A DNA stretch of 64,000 bases from a virus, in the IMG/VR virus record IMGVR_UViG_3300045988_129382, positions 1 to 64,000 of that record. One strand, 5' to 3'. Below the pieces are notes generated by a model. The model worked only from the letters and a program-made list of their open reading frames with translations, had not been told where the DNA came from and did no database searches. The position numbers and the translations under genes are program-made. Of the stretch, positions 1-8,679 are shown piece by piece (the stretch's first letter is position 1; each line of letters begins with the position of its first letter).

Positions 1-70
1 GAGTTAATTGATTAGAGTTAATTGATTAGAGTTAATTGATTAGAGTTAATTGATTAGAGTTAATTGATTG
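1..70. repeat. Tandem direct repeat with 14-bp unit GAGTTAATTGATTA, five copies; the array is truncated by the window edge
   Basis: Read directly: copies at 1-14, 15-28, 29-42, 43-56 and 57-70. The last copy ends GATTG. Confidence 0.95.
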
Positions 71-188
71 ATATAAAGAATTTTCAATAATATAGGGAAG
101 ATAAACAATAAGTGAGTATCGTAAATGTAATTAGAGTATATGGGTTTAATTACATAAAGGAAAGAACCATATAAGTAAGAATCATATA

Positions 189-219
189 GGTAATAGGTAG
201 GTAATAGGTAGGTAATAGG
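189..219. repeat. GGTAATAGG repeated three times at an 11-bp period
   Basis: Copies at 189-197, 200-208 and 211-219, each separated by TA. Confidence 0.9.
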
Positions 220-241
220 AAAATATAAAGTAGAGACATAC

Positions 242-287
242 TTGTAATATTTTGTAATATAGTGTAAAGTAGAGTTGTAAAGTAGAG
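242..287. repeat. Two short direct-repeat pairs: TTGTAATAT x2 and TGTAAAGTAGAG x2
   Basis: TTGTAATAT at 242-250 and 252-260; TGTAAAGTAGAG at 263-274 and 276-287. Confidence 0.9.
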
Positions 288-299
288 ATAGGTGATAAA

Positions 300-545
300 A
301 TGAAAATAGAGAAAAGGTTAATAGATGAGTTGAGGGAGATAGAGAGTGTGGGGTATGATGAGGTGAGTGTGTCTGTGGTTAGGGATGTGTTGAAACGAAT
401 GGGAGTTCGAGTTAGGACAGATGCAATGGTGCTAGGTGATGATTTAAGGGTTCTATTGAGGAGTATGAGTAAGAGAGTGATGGAGAGGTACGAAAACTCA
501 TTAAGGGGTATAGATAGTCGGAGAGAGAATAAGAAGAGGACATAG
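300..545 (+). CDS. Hypothetical protein, 81 aa, basic C-terminus
   Basis: ORF with AGGTGA Shine-Dalgarno just upstream of the ATG; no motif recognised. Confidence 0.6.
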   Translation: MKIEKRLIDELREIESVGYDEVSVSVVRDVLKRMGVRVRTDAMVLGDDLRVLLRSMSKRVMERYENSLRGIDSRRENKKRT

Positions 546-549
546 AGGG

Positions 550-1662
550 ATGAAATTTGGTATAGAGATATTTAGAGATGGGTATGGGAGTGCTATACGG
601 ATATATCAAAATGGTAAGGATGTGTCTGATTTGTATCGAGATGAGATACAATATGTAAATCAGATGATAGCTACTGTTGTATCTAGATATAGGGAGATGT
701 ATCGATATCAGATAATGATGTCATCAACATATGGTGGTGGTTATATCGTTGAGTTTGATGCTAATCAGATACGAGATATAGGGTTTGATGGAATAGACTT
801 AGTGTATAGTGATTTAGAGAGTTTATCTATACAGTTCAGTGATGGATTAAATGGTGTAATTGATAATGTATTGGATGCATATGTGTATAGTAGGACATGT
901 AATGATGTTTGTGGGGTTTTGTCACAGTATGTGGACGATAGTGATAGGGCATATTGGGTAGAATTGTTAGATAAGGTAGTTAATGATATAGCAGATGTAT
1001 TGGAACGATTCTATGTGTATTATGTGGGGTTGTTAACGAATCGAGATGTGATAGATTATATGCTACAGAGGTATGATAATGGTTACGTGGTTGGTCAATA
1101 TCATAACGAGTTAGCCAATAGTATATTACATCTAACTATTGATATTGAGTTATATCGGATACAGGATGTAGAGGTTGATATAGCACATACTTATTGGATA
1201 GATGTTGGGGATGAATATGTTGGTGGGTATCGTGTAATATGGGATTCTATTATGAAGAACGCATATTATTTACCATTAGTAACAAAAGATAGTGCTAAAG
1301 GTTTATGTGATGTATTAGAGGAGGTAGCGTATGTTAATGATGCTATGTTGGGGTACTATCAAGACAATCAAATAGATTTGGTATGTGGCGATTTGTGTAA
1401 ATCAGATAGGTATCAATTTGTAGCTGAGAGTTTTCTAGATGTGGTGTTAAATCGGCATGATATACCAGATTATTATGAATGTAGTGGTATCGTGTTTAAT
1501 TATGATAATAATACAGATATTATAGAGATGTTTATACCAATAGAAAAGTTAAGTACTAAAATGATGGCATCGAGGGTGTTTAATGTAGGACGATTTGAAG
1601 GTTATTATCGAGATATGCTAGTTGAGTGTGCTGAACGATTTAAGAATACTAGGTATGACTAG
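550..1662 (+). CDS. Left-end paralog family, member 1 (370 aa), unknown function
   Basis: Shares motifs with the next three ORFs: SRYRE near the N-terminus, VLEEVAYVNDAM in the middle, and KMMASRVF near the C-terminus. Confidence 0.75.
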   Translation: MKFGIEIFRDGYGSAIRIYQNGKDVSDLYRDEIQYVNQMIATVVSRYREMYRYQIMMSSTYGGGYIVEFDANQIRDIGFDGIDLVYSDLESLSIQFSDGLNGVIDNVLDAYVYSRTCNDVCGVLSQYVDDSDRAYWVELLDKVVNDIADVLERFYVYYVGLLTNRDVIDYMLQRYDNGYVVGQYHNELANSILHLTIDIELYRIQDVEVDIAHTYWIDVGDEYVGGYRVIWDSIMKNAYYLPLVTKDSAKGLCDVLEEVAYVNDAMLGYYQDNQIDLVCGDLCKSDRYQFVAESFLDVVLNRHDIPDYYECSGIVFNYDNNTDIIEMFIPIEKLSTKMMASRVFNVGRFEGYYRDMLVECAERFKNTRYD

Positions 1663-1682
1663 TTTGTATAAGGAGATAAAAA

Positions 1683-2906
1683 ATGAAAGTTACAAGAGAC
1701 GATATAGATGGTGTATTGGTGTCATTGGATATACCGAATGAGTTGTATCGATGTGGTTTGATATTAGAAGATACTAAGAAATTAGAGGATGGTAGTCTAA
1801 GAGGTTTTGATTATTATTTCTTTAGAGAGACTGAGTATATAGGCGATGCTATTGTATCGGTAGCATCACGCTATCGTGAGTTAGCGTTGTATCATAATAG
1901 ATGTAGTGATTTACATAATGTGGTGAGTGTAGAGATTGATTTCACTGTTATAAAACGATATCGTAAGTATCATAAAGAGGAATGGTTTCAAGAATTGGTA
2001 TCTACTATAGAGAGAATTAGTGTTAATGATAATAATTCTATTAGTATCGAATTTACAGAAGAATTTACAAAACATTATATGGGGTATATCGTTGATGCTA
2101 AGGAGATACATGATAGGTTAGAGGATAGTGTGTTAGATGAGAGTGGTGATATCGTACCATTTAGTATGTGTAAAGAATATTCTGATTGGTGTCAGTTGTT
2201 AGACAATGTAGTAGATGGTGTCAAGAGACTGTTGGGTAATGCCTATCGTATTTATTTAGATTTCATGACAAATTCTGGTGTAGCAGATGCATTGGGACGT
2301 AGATATGATGGGATGGTTAGGTCTAGGTATTATGATTATTTAGGGAATAGTTTATTTGTTAAGACAACTGTGTATGTAGCTAGTGGTAGTGTTGATACGT
2401 TGTTTGTAGACCCTGTAAATGGTTATTATATAGATGATGGTGATGTTAATTATTGTACGATTGATGCGAATCATATGAATATACGTGATATACATTCTGA
2501 TACAGATATTAACAGGTTTCTAGATATTCTAGAGATGGTGGCATATAGTAATGATGCGTTAATTCAATATCTCAAAAGTAGTTATGAGTTGTTGGGACGT
2601 GAAGTTAATGGCTCATTGTATATGCCATATCGTAAGGGTGTTCATGACTTTATCGATAGGTTTAGCGACTTTGTAGAGAGTATTTATCGTCCTAGTTATA
2701 ATGAAGTTACGGATGGTGTGTGTATGTGTTCTATTGATGACTTTTTTAATGATAGTTGGAAGTTTAGGTTTTCGTTACCAGTTGGGTTGTTATCAAGGAA
2801 GTTAATGGCATCTAGGGTGTCTTGTGGTGTTGCATGGTTTGATACATATCTATTTATGTTACAGTTGTATGCTAAAAACATGTTTGGTGTTGTTTTGAGT
2901 AAGTAA
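1683..2906 (+). CDS. Left-end paralog family, member 2 (407 aa)
   Basis: Strong SD (AAGGAGA); motifs SRYRELALY, LDILEMVAYSNDAL and KLMASRV. Confidence 0.8.
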   Translation: MKVTRDDIDGVLVSLDIPNELYRCGLILEDTKKLEDGSLRGFDYYFFRETEYIGDAIVSVASRYRELALYHNRCSDLHNVVSVEIDFTVIKRYRKYHKEEWFQELVSTIERISVNDNNSISIEFTEEFTKHYMGYIVDAKEIHDRLEDSVLDESGDIVPFSMCKEYSDWCQLLDNVVDGVKRLLGNAYRIYLDFMTNSGVADALGRRYDGMVRSRYYDYLGNSLFVKTTVYVASGSVDTLFVDPVNGYYIDDGDVNYCTIDANHMNIRDIHSDTDINRFLDILEMVAYSNDALIQYLKSSYELLGREVNGSLYMPYRKGVHDFIDRFSDFVESIYRPSYNEVTDGVCMCSIDDFFNDSWKFRFSLPVGLLSRKLMASRVSCGVAWFDTYLFMLQLYAKNMFGVVLSK

Positions 2907-2922
2907 CTAAAACATACAAAAC

Positions 2923-2951
2923 TTTACAATATATTACAGTTGTGGTATAAT
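2923..2951 (+). promoter_or_regulatory. Sigma-A-type promoter: TTTACA, 17-nt spacer, TATAAT
   Basis: -35 at 2923-2928 and -10 at 2946-2951, preceded by AAAAC; this motif recurs through the window. Confidence 0.7.
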
Positions 2952-2993
2952 AAGTATGTAAGATATTGACCGTGATAAGGAGAGATAATAAAA

Positions 2994-4028
2994 ATGAAAA
3001 CATTCGTAGGGTATGACTTCTATATTAGTCATACACGAGTTAGTGATGATTTATGTTTACCCACTATTATTAAAGGCATCAGTAATGTTATTGATAAGTT
3101 TAGAGATGCATATCGGTTGTATCGTGTTATGGGATTGAATAATAACGTACAAGATATGAAAAGTTATGCATTAGATATCGGAGTGGTTAAGGCATATATT
3201 AATATTGGTGATGGTAATTCTCATGTGTCTTTTGACTTAACTGATACTATTGTAAGTGATATGCTACAGTCATACGATTTTAAATCTAGGGGATTATCTT
3301 ATACTGGGTTATTTGATAATCTTGATGCATATAATCAGTGTGTTAATAAGATAATTAATACTATTAATAATGCATTATTACAGTTGTATGCATTATTTGT
3401 TGATTACCTATTCACGAGTTGGGGAAAGACTAAATTCAATGGTATGTATGATTCTATTGTTAGTCGTGTTGGTGCTAATAACTTGTTGTGTGGTAAGGTA
3501 CATTTAGATTATTCAAAGCATGTGTCTTTTGATTTTACTTATTCTTTAGTTGCATCTGTTGATTTCATAGATTCTTTTGATGTTCGTCCTGCTAGGATTT
3601 GTTGTAGTGGTATTAAAACTATTGATAGTGTATTGGATATCTTAGAGATGATTTCTTTTACGAGAGATATGATACGTTCAAATTCTATGTATGATTTTAT
3701 CAATCAATATGGCAATACAGATGATTTAGATTACTTTAAAGGTAAGGAATGTGTTAGTAAGATTCTAAGGGTGGCTAATCATAAGAATGATTTAGGGTTA
3801 GAGTATTATAAGAAGATAGAATTAGATTCTAATATATCTGCTATGATGTCTTATGGTACACAGACGTTTAGAGGAAGCTATCTAGATTGTAAGCTAGACT
3901 TCCACGTTTCATCAGATGCGTTTTTACGTAAAGTGATGGGTAGTGCTTTCTTTGATACTAATCGGTTAGAAGAGATATTGTATACTGCGTTGTATTTATT
4001 CGGTCGATACGCTGGGTGTTGGGAGTGA
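2994..4028 (+). CDS. Left-end paralog family, member 3 (344 aa)
   Basis: SD AAGGAGAG; motifs FRDAYRLYRV, LDILEMISFTRDM and KVMGSAFFD. Confidence 0.8.
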   Translation: MKTFVGYDFYISHTRVSDDLCLPTIIKGISNVIDKFRDAYRLYRVMGLNNNVQDMKSYALDIGVVKAYINIGDGNSHVSFDLTDTIVSDMLQSYDFKSRGLSYTGLFDNLDAYNQCVNKIINTINNALLQLYALFVDYLFTSWGKTKFNGMYDSIVSRVGANNLLCGKVHLDYSKHVSFDFTYSLVASVDFIDSFDVRPARICCSGIKTIDSVLDILEMISFTRDMIRSNSMYDFINQYGNTDDLDYFKGKECVSKILRVANHKNDLGLEYYKKIELDSNISAMMSYGTQTFRGSYLDCKLDFHVSSDAFLRKVMGSAFFDTNRLEEILYTALYLFGRYAGCWE

Positions 4029-4032
4029 TAGT

Positions 4033-4989
4033 ATGTTAATCATGTTTGATACAGGTAGTAATGGTTTCATACTATCTAGAGGCAAGAATAATTTATCTGG
4101 TACTGAGTTGAGTGCTTCGTTGGGTAAATTGATTGCACAGTATAGAGATGTGCTAATGGTTGCTCATAAAATACCGTGGTGTATTATCAATGTTGGTATG
4201 ACATTTTCTTCTATATTTGGTAATGTTTCATTTGAGTGTGGTCATACAGGTGCTGACTCATTTTGTAAGATTTCTCTTGTTGATATTACCCATTTAGATA
4301 CATTGTTTAGTGATAAGGATGTGGATTATGAATCAATCTCTCTTATAGTTGGTGGTATATTAGAGGATTCGTATTTTAGTTATATGACTTCTGTGCTTGA
4401 TTCTTGTTTTGATTTTTCTGATATTGAGTTGTGTGGTAGGTTTAGTACACGTGGTAGCATGCTTAAACCTATGCTACATCAAGAGTCAATACAGTTTATT
4501 TCTAATAAGATTTCATACGCACGTGTTAGAGAGCGATTAGAGTTATTTGGGTTTGATTTTGCTATACGCAATATCGATGATACTTTGAGGGGAACATTTA
4601 CCGCTGTTGATGTTTGTAAGATTTTAGAGACGATTCAATATATTAGGGGTAGATTGTTATCAGGTGGTTTTTCTTTTGATGTGGTTATTAGGGGTGTTGG
4701 TAGTGTTTATCCTATCGATTACTTTGAGTGTTGTGAGGGTGAATTAGTATCATTAGTTTATGATAGACGTAACTCTGGTAATATTACTACTGTGTTGTCT
4801 GATGGTACTACAGTTGGTGTATATTCAACATCTATTGCTGATGACTATATTACATTTAAATTTTTGATTCAATCTAGTAACTCTATGTACAAATTAATGG
4901 GGAGTTCTTTTTTTGATGTTAATAAATTCTTTTCTGTTGTAGAGCGTTCTGTGTTTGAATTTGGTGAGTTTGTTGGGTGTCATAGGTAA
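4033..4989 (+). CDS. Left-end paralog family, member 4 (318 aa)
   Basis: Motifs QYRDVLMV, KILETIQYIRGRL and KLMGSSFFD; the C-terminal GCHR matches GCWE in member 3. Confidence 0.8.
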   Translation: MLIMFDTGSNGFILSRGKNNLSGTELSASLGKLIAQYRDVLMVAHKIPWCIINVGMTFSSIFGNVSFECGHTGADSFCKISLVDITHLDTLFSDKDVDYESISLIVGGILEDSYFSYMTSVLDSCFDFSDIELCGRFSTRGSMLKPMLHQESIQFISNKISYARVRERLELFGFDFAIRNIDDTLRGTFTAVDVCKILETIQYIRGRLLSGGFSFDVVIRGVGSVYPIDYFECCEGELVSLVYDRRNSGNITTVLSDGTTVGVYSTSIADDYITFKFLIQSSNSMYKLMGSSFFDVNKFFSVVERSVFEFGEFVGCHR

Positions 4990-5056
4990 ACTATCGTTAA
5001 AACTTTAAAACGAGCATATAGGTGTGATTTCGTGTATTAAATAAGGAGATTAAAAA

Positions 5057-5554
5057 ATGATTAATATGATTGTTTGTATGGATAAAGGTGATGGTATTGG
5101 TGTTGACGGAGGACTATTGTATCATCTTAAAGGTGATTTAAAACATTTTAGACAAAAGACATTGGGTACTACCATTATTATGGGGAGAAAGACCTTTGAA
5201 AGTTTACCTAATCTGTTACCACATCGTGAGCATTGGGTTATTACACGAGATGAAGATTATAAAGCACCTAATGGTGTTAAGGTGTTTCATAGTCGTGAAG
5301 AGGTGTTAGAGGGACTTGGGGATAGAAGAGCATTTGTTATTGGTGGTTCTTCTATTTATGATATGTTTATTGATGATGTAACTTCTATTTACGTAACAAA
5401 AGTTGATAAAAAGAAAAAGGCTGATACATATTTTAAATTTAATCGTAATAAATTTAGTTGGAGTCAGATTGGTATGCAACAAAATGATATTGATGAGTTG
5501 AGTGGTGAGCGATTAAATTATACGTTTGAAGTGTATACACGAAAAATCTGTTAA
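5057..5554 (+). CDS. folA: Dihydrofolate reductase
   Basis: Motifs GIGVDGGLLYHLKGDLKHF, IMGRKTFESLP and VIGGSSIY; 165 aa, typical of type I DHFR; strong SD. Confidence 0.9.
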   Translation: MINMIVCMDKGDGIGVDGGLLYHLKGDLKHFRQKTLGTTIIMGRKTFESLPNLLPHREHWVITRDEDYKAPNGVKVFHSREEVLEGLGDRRAFVIGGSSIYDMFIDDVTSIYVTKVDKKKKADTYFKFNRNKFSWSQIGMQQNDIDELSGERLNYTFEVYTRKIC

Positions 5555-5579
5555 AAGTTAGTAAGTGTGAAGATAACAC

Positions 5580-5609
5580 TTTACAAAACTTAACATAGTA
5601 TGTTATATT
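5580..5609 (+). promoter_or_regulatory. Sigma-A-type promoter: TTTACA, 17-18 nt spacer, TATATT
   Basis: CACTTTACAAAACTTAACATAGTATGTTATATT. Confidence 0.6.
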
Positions 5610-5652
5610 GTAACTATCATAAAATACTTTAATTGTTAAAGGAGATTTAATT

Positions 5653-6153
5653 ATGCATTATACTACGTTTGCCAGCACTGGTGATAATATTGGTGTTGTT
5701 GTACATATTACAGATTTCATTGATAGCGATGACGTGATTGAGCAACTTAATCATTATCGTTGGAGTTATGATGCTGTTAAGATTGATGATGATGAAGTTG
5801 TAGCAGTCATTTATTTAAGGGTTGGCATTGGACGTAACTTCCAATCTATCTCTAAGAATCTAGGTTGTATGGTACAGGTTAATCCTTATACTGTTGTATA
5901 TGGCTTAGGTGCTATTACTACATATAAGAATGGTAATTTAATCAACTACTCTATGGATTTTGATGATAGATATGAATGGTGGTTAGTGTGGGGTGATAAA
6001 TCTACACTATTATCATTTGATTTCATTGACTTTGATGATGGTGATTCACCGTATTGTGTAGAAGATAATGAATTAATTGGTTATGAGTTCTCAGATGAAG
6101 AAATTGAAGAATTCACTGAGCGACTTAATGCTGGATATAATTGTGGTTTTTAG
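5653..6153 (+). CDS. Hypothetical protein, 166 aa, acidic
   Basis: SD AAAGGAGA 7 nt upstream of the ATG. Confidence 0.7.
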   Translation: MHYTTFASTGDNIGVVVHITDFIDSDDVIEQLNHYRWSYDAVKIDDDEVVAVIYLRVGIGRNFQSISKNLGCMVQVNPYTVVYGLGAITTYKNGNLINYSMDFDDRYEWWLVWGDKSTLLSFDFIDFDDGDSPYCVEDNELIGYEFSDEEIEEFTERLNAGYNCGF

Positions 6154-6210
6154 TGCATTAGGTGGGTGTGTGGTTTCATGCCTACCTTTTATGTTACATT
6201 GAGGTATGAT

Positions 6211-6444
6211 ATGAAAAAGTTTGATTTTATAAAAGAGATTATTAGGATTTCAAAAGAATTTGTGTGTGGACATGATTTTGATGCACTATATTGTAGTTTA
6301 AAATTAACCTACAGTGTTAATGGTGAGTTTGCTATAAACGATATGCTACGTTTTGTTGATGAGTATCATCAGGATGGTTTTTTAGATTACTTTGAATGGA
6401 AAGAGTTACGTAGAGTTGTATTAGAACGTGATTTCAGTCGCTAA
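6211..6444 (+). CDS. Hypothetical protein. Start moved from the track start to ATG 6211.
   Basis: GAGGT SD lies 5 nt upstream of ATG 6211; the track start 6166 has no SD. Confidence 0.6.
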   Translation: MKKFDFIKEIIRISKEFVCGHDFDALYCSLKLTYSVNGEFAINDMLRFVDEYHQDGFLDYFEWKELRRVVLERDFSR

Positions 6445-6458
6445 GGTGGTAACTTATT

Positions 6459-6692
6459 ATGAATTTAGTTGATGGTAATAAAGTTGTTGTGATTAAAGAT
6501 AGAGGATTTACATTGAAGGCTATTTCAGATATTTATATCTTTGATGATATGTTATATGTTCACGGTTTTAATGGTGATATAGCTAAAATAAAATTAGATA
6601 AGATTTCTGATTTTAGGCTTTTTAAGGATGTAGTTGATGAAGTATTTGCATATCATCAGGCTTTAAATGGACTTGTAGCATGTGGGATGTAA
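6459..6692 (+). CDS. Hypothetical protein, 77 aa
   Basis: AAGGTGG SD upstream. Confidence 0.65.
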   Translation: MNLVDGNKVVVIKDRGFTLKAISDIYIFDDMLYVHGFNGDIAKIKLDKISDFRLFKDVVDEVFAYHQALNGLVACGM

Positions 6693-6889
6693 GTGTTGTG
6701 TATTACTTTATTTTCTTTAAATTAGCACTTGCAATGTTCCTTATGGGTGTTTTATTTGCTTTTCTTAGTTTGTTCTTTCCTTATTTTAGTAAGGGTGAGC
6801 ATATTATGGATGTTTTAGTTGGGTTTTCTTTGACTATTTCCTTATCACTTATTGTTGTGAGTGGTTGGTTGTGGGTTTTTGATATTTGA
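6680..6889 (+). CDS. Small membrane protein with two hydrophobic segments
   Basis: Hydrophobic stretches FIFFKLALAMFLMGVLFAFLSLFF and GFSLTISLSLIVVSGWLWVF. Confidence 0.5.
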   Translation: MWDVSVVYYFIFFKLALAMFLMGVLFAFLSLFFPYFSKGEHIMDVLVGFSLTISLSLIVVSGWLWVFDI

Positions 6890-6902
6890 TGGTGGTGTTA
6901 TA

Positions 6903-7091
6903 ATGGATTATTTCTTTTTCTTTAAAGTTTTTGTTGCATCCTTTGTTATGACTTTTATTTTGGTATTTAGTACGAGTAGCTGTGAACCTTTTTCTAGGAC
7001 TTATCGTGTTTACGATACTTTGTCATCGATTTTCTCTGGTATTGCAGTTATTTCTTTAATTATTGCTTTGATATTGTGGTTGTTTGATTAA
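6903..7091 (+). CDS. Small membrane protein; similar in architecture to 6680-6889
   Basis: ATG 6903 preceded by GGTGGTG; two hydrophobic segments; C-terminus LWLFD compares with WLWVFDI in the neighbour. Confidence 0.55.
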   Translation: MDYFFFFKVFVASFVMTFILVFSTSSCEPFSRTYRVYDTLSSIFSGIAVISLIIALILWLFD

Positions 7092-7123
7092 TTGAATTAA
7101 TTGTTCATGATAAATATAGTTCA

Positions 7124-7312
7124 TTGTATAATATTTTGAGTACCCTTAAAGATTCATTTCTTTGGAGTGTTTGTTATACAGTTTCAGATGGTATTATCTT
7201 GGTAGAGATTAAAGAAGTGTGCTCTGATGACACTACTATTTACATTCAATGTGTTTTAGAGGTTGTTGATATATCATCTAATCTTAAATCATTGTCAAAT
7301 TCAGATGGTTAG
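7124..7312 (+). CDS. Doubtful ORF, 62 aa
   Basis: Non-ATG start, no SD, and it overlaps a TATAAT box at 7127-7132. Confidence 0.25.
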   Translation: MYNILSTLKDSFLWSVCYTVSDGIILVEIKEVCSDDTTIYIQCVLEVVDISSNLKSLSNSDG

Positions 7313-7440
7313 ATGTCTTTTACGCTTTATAATACTACTTGTGTTCCTTTCTTGGTTAATTTTTTAGAAAAAAATTCTACAATCTGATTTTTGACGGATG
7401 TACTAATATATTACCTATTTTTAATTTCTAATTACAAAAC

Positions 7441-7470
7441 TTTACAACTTAATATGTGTAGTGTTATAAT
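7441..7470 (+). promoter_or_regulatory. Sigma-A-type promoter: TTTACA, 18-nt spacer, TATAAT
   Basis: CAAAACTTTACAACTTAATATGTGTAGTGTTATAAT. It is followed at once by a 10-bp hairpin at 7471-7496. Confidence 0.65.
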
Positions 7471-7517
7471 AAGCATGTAGATATTCCTACATGCTTATTT
7501 CTTTGTGAGGTGATATT

Positions 7518-8015
7518 ATGTTAGACTTGTATAGACATGATTTTTTGAGAATTCCTGTGTATTGTGGTGATGCTGTAAAATCACATCTACCTAAAACAGG
7601 TACATTTAAAGTAGATGGTTTTTATTACACTCATACATATAAAGATTCCTTGTTTGAGGAGTTAGTATTAGCTGATTCTGTTTGTTCTGAGCAGATTACT
7701 GAGTTAGAGTTTTATCAAGAAATACCTAAAATTCTTGATATTCGCACTTTTGGTGGTGGAGGTTCTATTGGTATTCAGTTGGATGGTTATCTAGAAAGGT
7801 TAAATGATTTTGTAGGTAAGACTATTCATGTGTATTGGCATAATTACTCTGTTTACTTTACCTTTGATATTTGTAAAGTTAATATTAAATATCGTAAATT
7901 AGATATTGATATTACTAGAGATACTACTGATACTATCCACATTTCATACATCGATGTGGTCTTAAAAGCTATTCGTCTTTTCAATATTGGTATTTATAAA
8001 GTGGTTGAGGGTTGA
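7518..8015 (+). CDS. Hypothetical protein, 165 aa
   Basis: GAGGTGA SD upstream. Confidence 0.7.
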   Translation: MLDLYRHDFLRIPVYCGDAVKSHLPKTGTFKVDGFYYTHTYKDSLFEELVLADSVCSEQITELEFYQEIPKILDIRTFGGGGSIGIQLDGYLERLNDFVGKTIHVYWHNYSVYFTFDICKVNIKYRKLDIDITRDTTDTIHISYIDVVLKAIRLFNIGIYKVVEG

Positions 8016-8019
8016 TATT

Positions 8020-8673
8020 ATGGCAATGAGATTTTTTGATGTCACAGATGTAGATTCTGAATACCTTAGATTTGCTTTTAGACATTATGGGTTAGATATT
8101 GATAAGTTGTTATATCATAATAAATACTACTCCATGGATGATATTAATGATATAAGTTGTGGTTGTAATGGTGTGAGTGTTAAAACCATTGAACTTGATA
8201 AAAAATACTTGATACTTGATGATACTTTTACTTTCTTTGATTCTTTGTGTAGTACATTTAAGAACTTTAGTGAAGTTTCTAGGGATGACGTAAAGCTTTT
8301 TCCAACAATGTTGTGTAAGTTCAACAAACATTTTGGCGATTATTATACTGTATTTGATTTATATTCTTTATTTAGTTCTAGATACGATATCTTTGAAATG
8401 ATTAATGATTTTAAAGATGATGTTAGGTTACATGACATAGTTAAATTTGATAAGTATGAGAGAACATTTAGAGTTTACATTATTTTAGGTGGTGATGACT
8501 TATCACTATTTAATACTTATACACCTATTTCTACTGAAGATTTTTCTGATGTAAGAAATAAACTCAATACATTTAATTCTGTTTTGAGTGGTTATTATCT
8601 TGAAAAACGGCTTAAAGATATTGAAATGTATTTTAATAGATGCATTATTGAGACTGTAATTATAGGAGATTAA
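8020..8673 (+). CDS. Hypothetical protein. Start moved to ATG 8020.
   Basis: GAGGGT SD 7 nt upstream of ATG 8020. Confidence 0.7.
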   Translation: MAMRFFDVTDVDSEYLRFAFRHYGLDIDKLLYHNKYYSMDDINDISCGCNGVSVKTIELDKKYLILDDTFTFFDSLCSTFKNFSEVSRDDVKLFPTMLCKFNKHFGDYYTVFDLYSLFSSRYDIFEMINDFKDDVRLHDIVKFDKYERTFRVYIILGGDDLSLFNTYTPISTEDFSDVRNKLNTFNSVLSGYYLEKRLKDIEMYFNRCIIETVIIGD

Positions 8674-8679
8674 TTTATT

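Noticed and set aside
1-70. The tandem array considered as a CRISPR array
   Set aside because: The 14-bp units are contiguous with no spacers, are much shorter than CRISPR repeats, and no cas genes are present.
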